Below, piece by piece: positions 44,955 through 54,436 of a DNA stretch of 57,747 bases. The translations under genes were made by a program, and so were the position numbers. The notes beneath the pieces are model-generated. The model saw nothing but the letters and a program-made list of their open reading frames with translations, had not been told where the DNA came from and searched no databases. Each line of letters begins with the position of its first letter. Position 1 is the first letter of the stretch. This DNA is from Bacillota bacterium (GTDB lineage: Bacteria > Bacillota > JAAYKD01): assembly GCA_012522585.1 (NCBI GenBank), contig JAAYKD010000019.1:1-57747 (forward strand), given 5' to 3'.

Positions 44955-46880
44955 TTGCATAAAACCATACAGGAATATTTAGACCAATTCACTGAGTTGA
45001 AATGGGAAAACATAATCGAAAATACCGATTTATTAAATCAAAGGATAAATGCCCTCTTTGCCTTGACGGCTCAGGTGATGGGGCCTGATTTGATGATCAA
45101 TCGAGCCGCTAAAATGGATATTTTAAACTTAATTGACCATGAAGACCCTCTGACCAGGATCTGGGGTTTACAAAAGCTGATGTTCGGTGAAAAAGATTTG
45201 GATAAACCCAGATCGGACCAAGTAGTCGAAATAACCGAACAATTGGAAAGCGAATTAGCCGATTATATTGCCAGACGCATGGTAGAAGATCGCCTAGATC
45301 GAATTGTCAACGAAAAATTGACCAATCAGCAGGACAGCTATGTCAAAGCTTTAAAGCTCTCCCTGATCAATGAAGAGGACGGACCGGAAAACGAAAATAC
45401 TTTAAAAAAACTGGAAGAATTAAACAAATTAGAAAAGAGAAAAGCACCCTTGATGGCTATGGAGAGGATGCGGCCACAAAACTTAGACCAAGTGGTCGGA
45501 CAGGATCAGGCCAAAATTGCCTTGATGTCAAAATTGGCAACGCCTTATCCTCAGCATATCCTCCTCTATGGTCCTCCCGGCGTTGGCAAAACCACGGTGG
45601 CTCGCCTGGTTTTGGAAATGGCTCGCAATACCCCCCACTCAGCCTTTGGTTCTGATGCTCCTTTTATAGAAGTAAACGGAACAACCCTGCGCTGGGACCC
45701 ACGGGAAGTGACAAATCCTTTGATTGGTTCAGTTCACGACCCCATCTATCAAGGGGCACGTCGCGATCTGGCTGACAGCGCTACCCCTGAGCCCAAACCT
45801 GGTTTAGTCACAGAGGCCCACGGGGGCATTCTCTTTATCGACGAAATTGGTGAAATGGACTATCAGCTCCAAGCCAAGCTTTTGAAGGTCTTGGAAGATA
45901 AGAGAGTCTTTTTTGAATCTGCCTACTACGATCCGGAAAACACTGCTATTCCGGAGTATATCCATCGGCTCTTCAAAGAAGGGGCACCGGCCAATTTCAT
46001 CCTGATTGGAGCCACAACCAGAAGCCCTGAGGAAATAAACCCTGCCATTCGCTCCCGCTGTGCCGAAGTATTCTTCGATCCTTTATACAAAAAGGACATT
46101 GAAGACATCGTCTTAGGCTCAGCTTCCAGATTAAAAATAAGCTTAGAAGAAGGTGGAGCCGGTTTAATCGCCGACCATACCGATGAAGCTCGCAAAGCAG
46201 TCAATATCCTGGCTGATAGCTATGGTTATGTGATCTCACAGCTAGAAGAAAAGCATGATCGCAGACGTAAAATTGCCATCAGCAACGAAGATATAACCAC
46301 GGTTTTACAAATCAGTAGAATCGCTCCTCAGGGAGGCAAAAAAGCTTCTGAACAAAGTAAAGTAGGTCAGGTTTTCGGCCTGGGTGCCTATGGTTTTACA
46401 GGCTCAGTCCTGGAAATCGAAGCCGCTGTTTTCACAGCCGGAGAACCTGGAAAGGGTCAGATTCGCTTCAACGACACAGCCGGCAGCATGGCTAAGGATT
46501 CCCTCTTCGTAGCCTCCAGCGTTATCCGTCGCAATCTGGGCATTCGTTTAAGTGATTACGATATTCACGTCAACGTTGTCGGAGGAGGTCAAGTTGACGG
46601 TCCTTCGGCGGGAGCTGCTTTAACCCTGGCCCTGATCAGCGCTTTAAATAATAAGCCTTTAAAACAAAATATAGCTCTGACCGGGGAAATTTCTCTCCAT
46701 GGCTTTTTCAAGCCGGTCGGTGGCCTTTATGGCAAGCTCTATGGTGCAGCCAGAGCAGGCATCACTGAAGTGCTGATCCCTGAAGAAAACAAAAACGAAT
46801 TGCCGGAAGAACTCTATGGGGTCAAACTTACTCCGATTAAAACAATTGAAGAAGCCCTAGACATCATGTTAGAAAAATAA
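44955..46880 (+). CDS. Lon-family AAA+ protease paralogue (LonB/LonC-like, no LonA N-domain)
   Basis: Walker A is 'GPPGVGKTT' and Walker B is 'ILFIDEIGE'. The protease serine is in 'VDGPSAGAAL'. It starts at TTG, 8 nt after GGAGG. Confidence 0.8.
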   Translation: MHKTIQEYLDQFTELKWENIIENTDLLNQRINALFALTAQVMGPDLMINRAAKMDILNLIDHEDPLTRIWGLQKLMFGEKDLDKPRSDQVVEITEQLESELADYIARRMVEDRLDRIVNEKLTNQQDSYVKALKLSLINEEDGPENENTLKKLEELNKLEKRKAPLMAMERMRPQNLDQVVGQDQAKIALMSKLATPYPQHILLYGPPGVGKTTVARLVLEMARNTPHSAFGSDAPFIEVNGTTLRWDPREVTNPLIGSVHDPIYQGARRDLADSATPEPKPGLVTEAHGGILFIDEIGEMDYQLQAKLLKVLEDKRVFFESAYYDPENTAIPEYIHRLFKEGAPANFILIGATTRSPEEINPAIRSRCAEVFFDPLYKKDIEDIVLGSASRLKISLEEGGAGLIADHTDEARKAVNILADSYGYVISQLEEKHDRRRKIAISNEDITTVLQISRIAPQGGKKASEQSKVGQVFGLGAYGFTGSVLEIEAAVFTAGEPGKGQIRFNDTAGSMAKDSLFVASSVIRRNLGIRLSDYDIHVNVVGGGQVDGPSAGAALTLALISALNNKPLKQNIALTGEISLHGFFKPVGGLYGKLYGAARAGITEVLIPEENKNELPEELYGVKLTPIKTIEEALDIMLEK

Positions 46881-46896
46881 TCGAGGAGGAAAACTA

Positions 46897-48225
46897 ATGG
46901 CGGAACAGATAATGCCTCATAATCAGGAAACCGAACAGTCCGTTTTAGGCTCCATGATTATTGAAAAAAAGGCTTTAGAAGTTGTAATGAACCAACTGAT
47001 TGAAACAGATTTTTATTTAGAACGACACCGCTTGATTTTTTCCGCTGCCCATAGCCTCTTCTCCGTCGCTCAGGGTGTAGATATCATCACTTTAGTCTCT
47101 GAACTCAGAAGACGTCAACATCTGGAGCAGGCCGGAGGCCTGACCTATTTAAACAATCTGGTAGAAATTGTACCTACCACAGCCAATATAGAAACCTATG
47201 TTAAAGAACTGCAAGACAAAGCAATCTTGCGGGCTATTATTTTGAGTTCACATAAAATAACAAATTTAGCCTACCAAGCAGAAGAAGCACCAGTCGATGT
47301 TTTAAACAAAGCCGACCAAGAGTTTTTTAATATTGCCAACCGCCGAGGCTTAGGAAGCACCTATTCTTCTCTGGGCACAATCCTCCATGACACCTACGAT
47401 GAAATTGGAGAAAGACGCGCTCAAGCCGGAGGCTATACAGGAGTTGCTACCGGTTTTGTTGATTTAGATCATATAACTTCGGGTTTTCAAAAATCAGATT
47501 TGATCATCATTGCCGCTCGCCCCGGTATGGGAAAAACGGCTTTGATGACCAATATGATTGCATCAGCATCATTAAAATATGGAATTCCTGCTGCATTTTT
47601 TAGTTTAGAAATGTCAAAAATCCAATTAGCCCAAAGAATTTTATCCCAAGAGGCAGATGTTAAACTGACTAATATCAGAACCGGCCAAATGAGCGATTAT
47701 GAATGGAACCAGCTAACCGACCAAATCGGTATCCTAGCGGCTGCTCCCATTTATATTGACGATACACCGGCTCTATCCATAGCCGAGTTTCGCTCCCGCC
47801 TCAGACAGATGAAAAATGAGTTGAATATAGGAATCGTGGTAGTCGACTACCTGCAACTAATGACCATGGACACCCGTTCTGAGTCGCGCCAACAGGAGAT
47901 TTCCTTTCTTTCCCGAGCCTTAAAAGCAATTGCCAAAGAATTGGACATGCCCGTTCTTGTGGCTTCACAGCTCAATCGTGGGGTCGAATCTCGTCATGAT
48001 AAGAGGCCTATATTATCCGATCTTTTAGAATCGGGTGGTATTGAAGCAAATGCTGATATGGTGCTTTTTCTCTATCGAGATTTATATTACGATAAAGAGT
48101 CCGAAAAGAAATTTTCCGAGCTGATCATCGCTAAAAATAGAAATGGGCCGACCCAAACTGTAAAACTTGCCTTCAGAGGTGAGTTTACCCAGTTTGGCAA
48201 TTGGCTCGATATCGAAAGGAACTAA
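46897..48225 (+). CDS. dnaB: Replicative DNA helicase DnaB
   Basis: Walker A is 'ARPGMGKTA', Walker B is 'VVVDYLQLM', and 'SQLNRGVE' is present. 442 aa. Confidence 0.96.
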   Translation: MAEQIMPHNQETEQSVLGSMIIEKKALEVVMNQLIETDFYLERHRLIFSAAHSLFSVAQGVDIITLVSELRRRQHLEQAGGLTYLNNLVEIVPTTANIETYVKELQDKAILRAIILSSHKITNLAYQAEEAPVDVLNKADQEFFNIANRRGLGSTYSSLGTILHDTYDEIGERRAQAGGYTGVATGFVDLDHITSGFQKSDLIIIAARPGMGKTALMTNMIASASLKYGIPAAFFSLEMSKIQLAQRILSQEADVKLTNIRTGQMSDYEWNQLTDQIGILAAAPIYIDDTPALSIAEFRSRLRQMKNELNIGIVVVDYLQLMTMDTRSESRQQEISFLSRALKAIAKELDMPVLVASQLNRGVESRHDKRPILSDLLESGGIEANADMVLFLYRDLYYDKESEKKFSELIIAKNRNGPTQTVKLAFRGEFTQFGNWLDIERN

Positions 48226-48250
48226 AAAGATTAAGGAGAACTATTTAACC

Positions 48251-49633
48251 ATGTCAAAAAAATACGATGTAATAATTGTTGGAGCCGGTCCTTCCGGCAT
48301 CTTTTCTGCATTGGAATTAAACAAATTAAAACCAGATTGGAAAATTTTGCTTTTAGAAAAAGGTCGGGATATCAAAAAACGCTACTGCCCCATGCACGAC
48401 CAACATATCCCTTGCGTCCATTGCGAACATTGTGCCATCACCTCGGGTTGGGGTGGTGCCGGAGCTTATTCCGATGGAAAATTAACCCTGACCACTGAAT
48501 ACGGTGGCTGGTTGGGGGATTTCATTGGTAAAAAAGCCCTGGAAGAACATATCGCTGAGGTTGATGATATTTACCTGGGCTATGGTGGCAATCCTGTCGT
48601 TTACGGCATGGATGAAGAAAAAATCGTCGATATTCAAAGACAGGCAGCAACTGCTGATTTGAAATTGATCCCTGCCAGAATCAGACACTTGGGCACTGAT
48701 CGCAATTACCAAATACTGGTCAACATGTTTGAAGACCTGGATAAATTAGTTGAAGTCCGGACAGAAACAGCTGTAGAAGAATTTTTAGTCAAAGATGGCA
48801 AAGCCCTAGGTGTAGTCTTAGAAGATGGCACTACCATCGAAGCGGATTTCATCATAGCTGCTCCAGGTCGAGAAGGGCATGAATGGTTTTCAACAGAAGC
48901 CAAGCGCTTGAATTTGCCCACTACCAGCAATCAAGTTGACATTGGAGTCAGAGTAGAGGTGCCGGCAGTCGTCATGTCTCATTTGACTGACGTCATTTAT
49001 GAGTCGAAATTCATTTACTATTCAAAATCCTTTGATGACCAGGTCAGAACCTTCTGCATGAACCCTTATGGGGTCGTAGTAATGGAAAACACCAGAGGCT
49101 TGCTCACGGTAAATGGGCACAGCTATGCAGACAAACGCACGGAAAACACAAACTTCGCTCTCTTAGTAGCCAAAACATTTACCGAACCTTTTAAAGAGCC
49201 TATAGCCTATGGAAAAAACATCTCTGCCCTAGCAAATATGCTGGGAGACGGTGTTATTGTCCAACGCTTAGGAGATTTACAGACAGGTCGACGCTCAACC
49301 CACGAGCGCATTAAAAGAGGCTTAGTGGCGCCAACCTTGAGAGAAGCCACCCCCGGCGATTTAAGCTTGGTCTTACCTTATCGCCATCTACTCAGCATCA
49401 TGGAAATGTTAGAGGCCATGGATAAAGTTGCCCCCGGTGTAGCCAGCAGACATACTCTGCTCTACGGAGTTGAAGCAAAATTCTATTCCAACCGCATGCA
49501 AATTAGCAATGAATTGGAAACCAAAGTAGAAAACCTCTTCGCTATTGGCGACGGAGCAGGTATTACCCGAGGGTTAGTCCAAGCATCAGCAGCAGGATTA
49601 GTAGCAGCCCGAGCTATTGCCCGGAGAAAATAA
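48251..49633 (+). CDS. FAD-dependent oxidoreductase (NAD(FAD)-utilising dehydrogenase, COG2509-like)
   Basis: The dinucleotide motif 'YDVIIVGAGPSGIF' lies at the N-terminus when started at the ATG at 48251. The track ORF begins inside dnaB. Confidence 0.7.
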   Translation: MSKKYDVIIVGAGPSGIFSALELNKLKPDWKILLLEKGRDIKKRYCPMHDQHIPCVHCEHCAITSGWGGAGAYSDGKLTLTTEYGGWLGDFIGKKALEEHIAEVDDIYLGYGGNPVVYGMDEEKIVDIQRQAATADLKLIPARIRHLGTDRNYQILVNMFEDLDKLVEVRTETAVEEFLVKDGKALGVVLEDGTTIEADFIIAAPGREGHEWFSTEAKRLNLPTTSNQVDIGVRVEVPAVVMSHLTDVIYESKFIYYSKSFDDQVRTFCMNPYGVVVMENTRGLLTVNGHSYADKRTENTNFALLVAKTFTEPFKEPIAYGKNISALANMLGDGVIVQRLGDLQTGRRSTHERIKRGLVAPTLREATPGDLSLVLPYRHLLSIMEMLEAMDKVAPGVASRHTLLYGVEAKFYSNRMQISNELETKVENLFAIGDGAGITRGLVQASAAGLVAARAIARRK

Positions 49634-49694
49634 GCTAAAACTGGCAAATGCACAGCCTAAAACAAAATTCTTTATAAAATAACATCACAAAACA

Positions 49695-49723
49695 TTGACA
49701 AGAGCCATGCATTTGTGTATTAT
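49695..49723 (+). promoter_or_regulatory. SigA promoter of the tRNA pair
   Basis: TTGACA (49695-49700), a 17-nt spacer, then TATTAT (49718-49723). Confidence 0.6.
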
Positions 49724-49742
49724 ATACGAGCATGGTTTTAAC

Positions 49743-49817
49743 GGGATACTAGCTCAGGGGTAGAGCACCCGCCTTTTAAGCGGGGTGTCGATGGTTCGAT
49801 TCCATCGTATCCCACCA
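49743..49817 (+). tRNA. tRNA-Lys (anticodon UUU)
   Basis: The cloverleaf was read by hand. The acceptor is GGGATAC/GTATCCC, the D-stem GCTC/GAGC, the anticodon stem CCCGC/GCGGG with loop CTTTTAA, and the T-arm GATGG-TTCGATT-CCATC. CCA is encoded. Confidence 0.9.
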
Positions 49818-49822
49818 TTCAC

Positions 49823-49898
49823 GGGAGCTTAGCTCAGTTGGTAGAGCACCTGCCTTACAAGCAGGGGGTCAATGGTTCGAGCCCGTTAGCTCCCACCA
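49823..49898 (+). tRNA. tRNA-Val (anticodon UAC)
   Basis: The acceptor is GGGAGCT/AGCTCCC, the anticodon stem CCTGC/GCAGG with loop CTTACAA, and the T-loop TTCGAGC. CCA is encoded. Confidence 0.9.
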
Positions 49899-49936
49899 TA
49901 AAAAGCCTTTTGGAAATTCCAAAAGGCTTTTTTATT
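49899..49936 (+). terminator. Terminator after the tRNA pair
   Basis: AAAAGCCTTTTGGAA / TTCCAAAAGGCTTTT hairpin followed by a T-run. Confidence 0.85.
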
Positions 49937-50156
49937 TTGTCCATTTTCACCTGCAATGAAACAAAGTCTGAATCATACACTTTATTAGCAATTTTACCCT
50001 TCAAGGCTCAACCCAAAAAGCTTACCTAAACTCCATGATCTTGAGGTTAACTAAGCTGTGAGTAAAAGAAGATTTCACCTGAAGCAACTCAACAATAAAA
50101 CAAATTGACAAAAAGAAAAATATCTTATTTACACTGAACACTGCCAAATTGCAATT

Positions 50157-51386
50157 TCAAAACAATTGAGCATCGTCCAAATCATCTCTTCCCAAATAGC
50201 GAGCTATCATAGCTACGTCTTTATCCCCTCGCCCCGACAGATTTACCAAGATAATTTCGCCTTTGCTCATTTTGGGTGCCCTCTTCAGCGCCTCAGCCAG
50301 AGCATGGCTGCTTTCAATAGCCGGAATAATGCCTTCACTTTGGGCCAGTTCAAGAAAAGCAGCTACCGCCTCTTGATCAGTGGCAGCTAGATATTGAGCT
50401 CGATTGATCTCTTTTAGATAGGCGTGCTCAGGACCAACACCAGGATAGTCTAAGCCGGCAGAAAGGGAATAGACCGGTGCTATTTGATCATTTATATCCA
50501 AATTGAAATATGTATGCATACCGTGAAAAGTGGCCGGACGACCTAAGGATAGGGCAGCAGCATTATCTACAGTGTCTAAACCAAGCCCCCCTGCCTCCAC
50601 ACCGATCAACTGAACTTCTTTGTGAGGAACGAACTCATGAAAAATACCTATGGCATTGCTGCCGCCACCCACACAAGCGATGACCAGATCTGGTAAACGC
50701 CCTTCAGCTTGCAGCATTTGTTCTTTAGCCTCTTGGCCTATTACTTTTTGAAAATCTCGCACCATCTCCGGATAAGGATGTGGCCCTACAGCAGAGCCTA
50801 GAAGATAATATGTATCATTTGGGCGTTCAACCCAAGCCTCCAAAGCAGCATCAACCGCATCTTTCAAAGTTTTAGTGCCCCTTGAAACTGCATGAACTTT
50901 TGCTCCTAAAAGCTCCATACGAAAAACATTTAAAGCCTGCCTTTGAATATCCTCCGAGCCCATATAGATTTCGCATTCAAGACCTAAAAGAACTGCGGCT
51001 GTGGCTGTGGCTACCCCGTGTTGACCTGCCCCTGTTTCGGCAATTAAACGAATCTTACCCATGCGCTTAGCCAAGAGAGCTTGACCTAAAACATTATTGA
51101 CCTTGTGAGCGCCTGTGTGGTTCAAATCCTCTCTTTTCAAATAGATCTTGGCTCCACCTAATTTTTCACTTAAGTTTTTAGCATAGTAGAGCATCGAAGG
51201 GCGATTTGCATATTCGAGTAAAAGCCCTTTGAATTCGTCCATGAAATAAACATCTTTTTTGGCCTCGGCATAAGCTAGAGCTACCTCTTCTACCGTGCTC
51301 TTCAATTCTACCGGCACAAATTGGCCTCCAAATTGTGCAAAAAAGCCTTCTGATCTTCCCTTTTCCATGTTTTCACCCGATTTCAT
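50157..51386 (-). CDS. trpB: Tryptophan synthase beta chain (stand-alone)
   Basis: The PLP lysine lies in '[11 protein letters not shown]', with 'GGGSNAIG' and 'LSGRGDKD' also present. The alternative start is M7 at 51368 (GGTGA RBS). No trpA is adjacent. Confidence 0.93.
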   Translation of the reverse strand: MKSGENMEKGRSEGFFAQFGGQFVPVELKSTVEEVALAYAEAKKDVYFMDEFKGLLLEYANRPSMLYYAKNLSEKLGGAKIYLKREDLNHTGAHKVNNVLGQALLAKRMGKIRLIAETGAGQHGVATATAAVLLGLECEIYMGSEDIQRQALNVFRMELLGAKVHAVSRGTKTLKDAVDAALEAWVERPNDTYYLLGSAVGPHPYPEMVRDFQKVIGQEAKEQMLQAEGRLPDLVIACVGGGSNAIGIFHEFVPHKEVQLIGVEAGGLGLDTVDNAAALSLGRPATFHGMHTYFNLDINDQIAPVYSLSAGLDYPGVGPEHAYLKEINRAQYLAATDQEAVAAFLELAQSEGIIPAIESSHALAEALKRAPKMSKGEIILVNLSGRGDKDVAMIARYLGRDDLDDAQLF

Positions 51387-51451
51387 TCGATGGCATGAAA
51401 CATTCCTTTCTTATTTAAAATTTTTTTCTGAGTGCCTAAACAAAAGCAAAT

Positions 51452-51725
51452 AAAAAAACCTTCGCCCCAATAAAGGGGCAAAGGCTATATATAGCTTCTG
51501 CGGTACCACCCAATTTGATGACATTGCTGCCACCCACTTTGACACATACCATCATATGTGCTTTCCCTGATAACGTTGGAAAGTTGACGTTAGCGCCTAC
51601 TCATCTGAGATTTTCGGGCCACCCTCACAAGGCCATTGGGCGAAATATCTGCTACCACATTCACAGCATCGGTGGTTCTCTGAGAACAAATATTTTTTTC
51701 GCTTACTCATCTTGTTCATCGGTTT
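51452..51725 (-). promoter_or_regulatory. T-box riboswitch leader upstream of trpB
   Basis: On the minus strand there is GATGAGTAAG (K-turn-like), the CTCAGAGAA AG-box, and the T-box core AATTGGGTGGTACCGCAG (51516-51499). The terminator is GCCTTTGCCCC-TTTATT-GGGGCGAAGGT followed by T7 (51485-51452). UGG triplets are present in the stem I region. Confidence 0.85.
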
Positions 51726-51731
51726 GAAGCC

Positions 51732-51760
51732 ATTATAATTATTTGGTTCAAAGCTGTCAA
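51732..51760 (-). promoter_or_regulatory. SigA promoter of the trpB leader
   Basis: On the minus strand: TTGACA, a 17-nt spacer, then TATAAT. This is a perfect consensus. Confidence 0.7.
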
Positions 51761-52007
51761 GGCTTATTTGTGCGGTTTATTGTATAGTAAAATTGACTTT
51801 GGATATTATTGATATATTCTATTTACAAAACAATTTTATCTAGCTCAGAAAAAGGTTCAAAAGCTTGACCTATTTGATTTTAGGACCAACAATCTAAGCA
51901 AGATTAAGCGAATTTAATTCGTCTCAAAATCTCAAACAAAATATCACTTCAATTTGCCGATGAAAAAATGTGTGGATTACTAGAGTGGATGAAAAGATAG
52001 GGATAAC

Positions 52008-52859
52008 TCAGTCACAGCTAAATAAAAAGCCAAAATAATCTTCTATAAACTCCTTACAATTATTGGCTTCTTCAAAATTGTAGGCAAAGCCCATTATTGA
52101 AGCTAAGCTTTGAGCTAAATTGTCAAAGCTGCAGATTAGGTTTAATAGTGCACTTTTTATTTCTGAGTGTTCTGCTTTTCTATAGGACTGGAATAGGCTT
52201 TGGTAAAGCCCAAGCTGATCTTCTTTCAATTTTTCTTCTAGGTAAGAATAATTTTTACCCAAGCTGATATTTTTCCAGTCAAAATTAGAAGCAGCTAATT
52301 GGGCTAACAACAATAAATATTGTTCCCGTAAATTATTGTTTAGAATATCCAGGGCCTGTAATAAATGCCCACGGGCTAAAGCCTTGCCCACATAAGGACT
52401 CAGCCAGTAAAATTCATTGCAACAATCTAAAAAAGCCTGCTCGTCCATTTTAACTACCCAATTGTCCCGATCGCTGGCAGGGGGAAGATGAACAAATAGA
52501 GCGTCTTTATCTAAAAGGACTTTAGTTCCACTCTCCAATTTAGCCGTCTTTATAAATTCTACCGAGTTAAAGGTAATATCTATGCGAGTTCCGCTTTTAA
52601 ACTGAACTAAATGAGTATAGATCTGCAAAGGGTCGCCATTATCAGGAGTTTGCATTATAGCGATGGGGCCAAAGATCTCTTCAAACCAGGGCAAAATTGC
52701 ACTGTCCAGCCAAGGCTTGTTACTCTGACAGACGAAAGCAAAATCGAAGTCGCTGTACTGATCTACCCTGCCAAAGGCTCTTGACCCCTCCAGCAATACA
52801 GCCCTGACATTATCATCTTTCTGGGCTAACTCTAGCATAATTGTCAGTACGTCCTGCAT
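52008..52859 (-). CDS. Aminoglycoside 6-adenylyltransferase-like nucleotidyltransferase (ANT(6)/AadK family)
   Basis: The N-terminal 'LELAQKDDNVRAVLLEGSRAFGRVDQYSDFDFAFV' resembles the ANT(6) nucleotidyltransferase fold. 283 aa. Confidence 0.65.
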   Translation of the reverse strand: MQDVLTIMLELAQKDDNVRAVLLEGSRAFGRVDQYSDFDFAFVCQSNKPWLDSAILPWFEEIFGPIAIMQTPDNGDPLQIYTHLVQFKSGTRIDITFNSVEFIKTAKLESGTKVLLDKDALFVHLPPASDRDNWVVKMDEQAFLDCCNEFYWLSPYVGKALARGHLLQALDILNNNLREQYLLLLAQLAASNFDWKNISLGKNYSYLEEKLKEDQLGLYQSLFQSYRKAEHSEIKSALLNLICSFDNLAQSLASIMGFAYNFEEANNCKEFIEDYFGFLFSCD

Positions 52860-53371
52860 AATTTCTTCCTCCTCGGTAAATTTAAAAAATCTTGAACCTG
52901 AGTTTTAAGTCAAATTAACGCCACTACCCATTGAAAACAGCCCAATTTTTTTCGGCTCAAAATTAAGGCACAGTAATTTAATGGTTTTAAAAATCAGAAA
53001 CACAAATAAAGACTAAAGAAACTCCATATTTATATTATGGTTGATATAACTAAAAAACCTTCCCCGATTTTCTCATTCAGTAAAAAGAAGGTTTTTATAC
53101 ATCCCCCTATAAATTAAAGAGAAATGATTTTCCAAATTTTTATAAACAAGATAACTGATAGACTGGAATGTCATATATCAGAGGAACTAAAAATTATATT
53201 GAAAGCACCCTTTATAATCAAATTAACCAATAAAAGTTCAAACAAAAAAAATATGTGAATTTTATACTATCTTATGATCAAAAATTTAGCAGAAAGTGAA
53301 TTTCACATGATGCAAATTACTGCACACAAATTCAAACAGAAAATCAAAAAATAACAATGAGGAGCACAAAA

Positions 53372-54211
53372 ATGGAAAGAAAAATTATTGCCGCCGTTCA
53401 AGGCTATAACACAACCGACGGTGCCGGGGTCAGCTTAGTCAGAGTTTTGGGCAACAGAACTGTCACCCAATTTGACCCAATCTTGATGTTAGACTCTTTT
53501 GACAGCACAAATCCAGATGACTACACAGCAGGTTTCCCCATGCATCCACATAGAGGCATTGAGACCATTAGCTATGTCTACAAAGGCGCTATGACCCACA
53601 AAGACAGTTTAGGCAATGAAGACACTATACAATCCGGTGAAGTTCAATGGATGACTGCCGGCTCGGGTATTTTACACGAAGAGCTGTTACCTGCCTCACC
53701 TCGCCTTTTAGGCGTTCAGCTCTGGCTCAATTTAGCAGCCAAAGATAAAATGACAGCACCTGCTTATAAAAGCATCAAGAACGATGAAATAACTGAAATC
53801 GATCTGCCCGGCGGTTACTTGCGCCTTTTAGCAGGAAGATTCGAAGACCATGAAGGCTTCTTGAGTGAATACTTACCTTTGGATTATTATGATTTACACA
53901 TTGAACCTAACTCTGAGATGGTGATCAAAACCGAAGAAGACGATTCTGTCATGGCTTTTACCCTTTTAGGCGAAGCTGAGATCGATAATCAACTAATCCC
54001 TGAGAAAACCGCCGTAAAATTTGGGCCCGGTAGCCAAGTCACATTTAAAACAGAAGATCAAGAAGCACAGGTTCTTTTCATCAGTTCCAGAAGTTTAAAT
54101 GAGCCAGTGGTCTGGGGTGGCCCCATCGTTATGAACACCAGAGAAGAATTGAGTCAAGCCTTTGTCGACTTACAAAACGGAACCTTCTTGAAAAAGACTA
54201 TTGAATACTAG
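53372..54211 (+). CDS. Pirin-family protein (bicupin)
   Basis: 'FPMHPHRGIETISYV' is the cupin metal-binding motif, and 'WMTAGSGILHEE' is present. The ATG at 53372 lies 7 nt after GAGGAG. Confidence 0.88.
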   Translation: MERKIIAAVQGYNTTDGAGVSLVRVLGNRTVTQFDPILMLDSFDSTNPDDYTAGFPMHPHRGIETISYVYKGAMTHKDSLGNEDTIQSGEVQWMTAGSGILHEELLPASPRLLGVQLWLNLAAKDKMTAPAYKSIKNDEITEIDLPGGYLRLLAGRFEDHEGFLSEYLPLDYYDLHIEPNSEMVIKTEEDDSVMAFTLLGEAEIDNQLIPEKTAVKFGPGSQVTFKTEDQEAQVLFISSRSLNEPVVWGGPIVMNTREELSQAFVDLQNGTFLKKTIEY

Positions 54212-54436
54212 ACTCTACTCTTGTGCATCAAAATGCTTCATCGCCTTTTGAGCCAAACAAAAAACTCAGTAAGAGACTAGCTAAAGAGCACATTCAAATC
54301 AATAGCCTCAGCAAAAGCAAATAGAGCGCTAGTATTTAACCTAAGAATCTGCTTCCTTTACTTTTCGCTCTAAAGCTAAAAGGCATAAGTCAAATAACTA
54401 ACTCAGATTGAATTAGCAGATTACTTAACAGAACCC

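Noticed and set aside
49838-50029. 63-aa plus-strand ORF
   Set aside because: It starts inside tRNA-Val and runs through the terminator hairpin, so it is an artefact.
51515-51727. 70-aa plus-strand ORF upstream of trpB
   Set aside because: It lies antisense within the T-box leader. It has no RBS, and the region is explained by the riboswitch.
51955-51990. DnaA-box-like motifs (TGTGGATTA, AGTGGATGA) in AT-rich DNA, as a hint of a replication origin
   Set aside because: These are single degenerate boxes. There is no cluster, no dnaA or dnaN nearby, and no AT-rich unwinding repeats.
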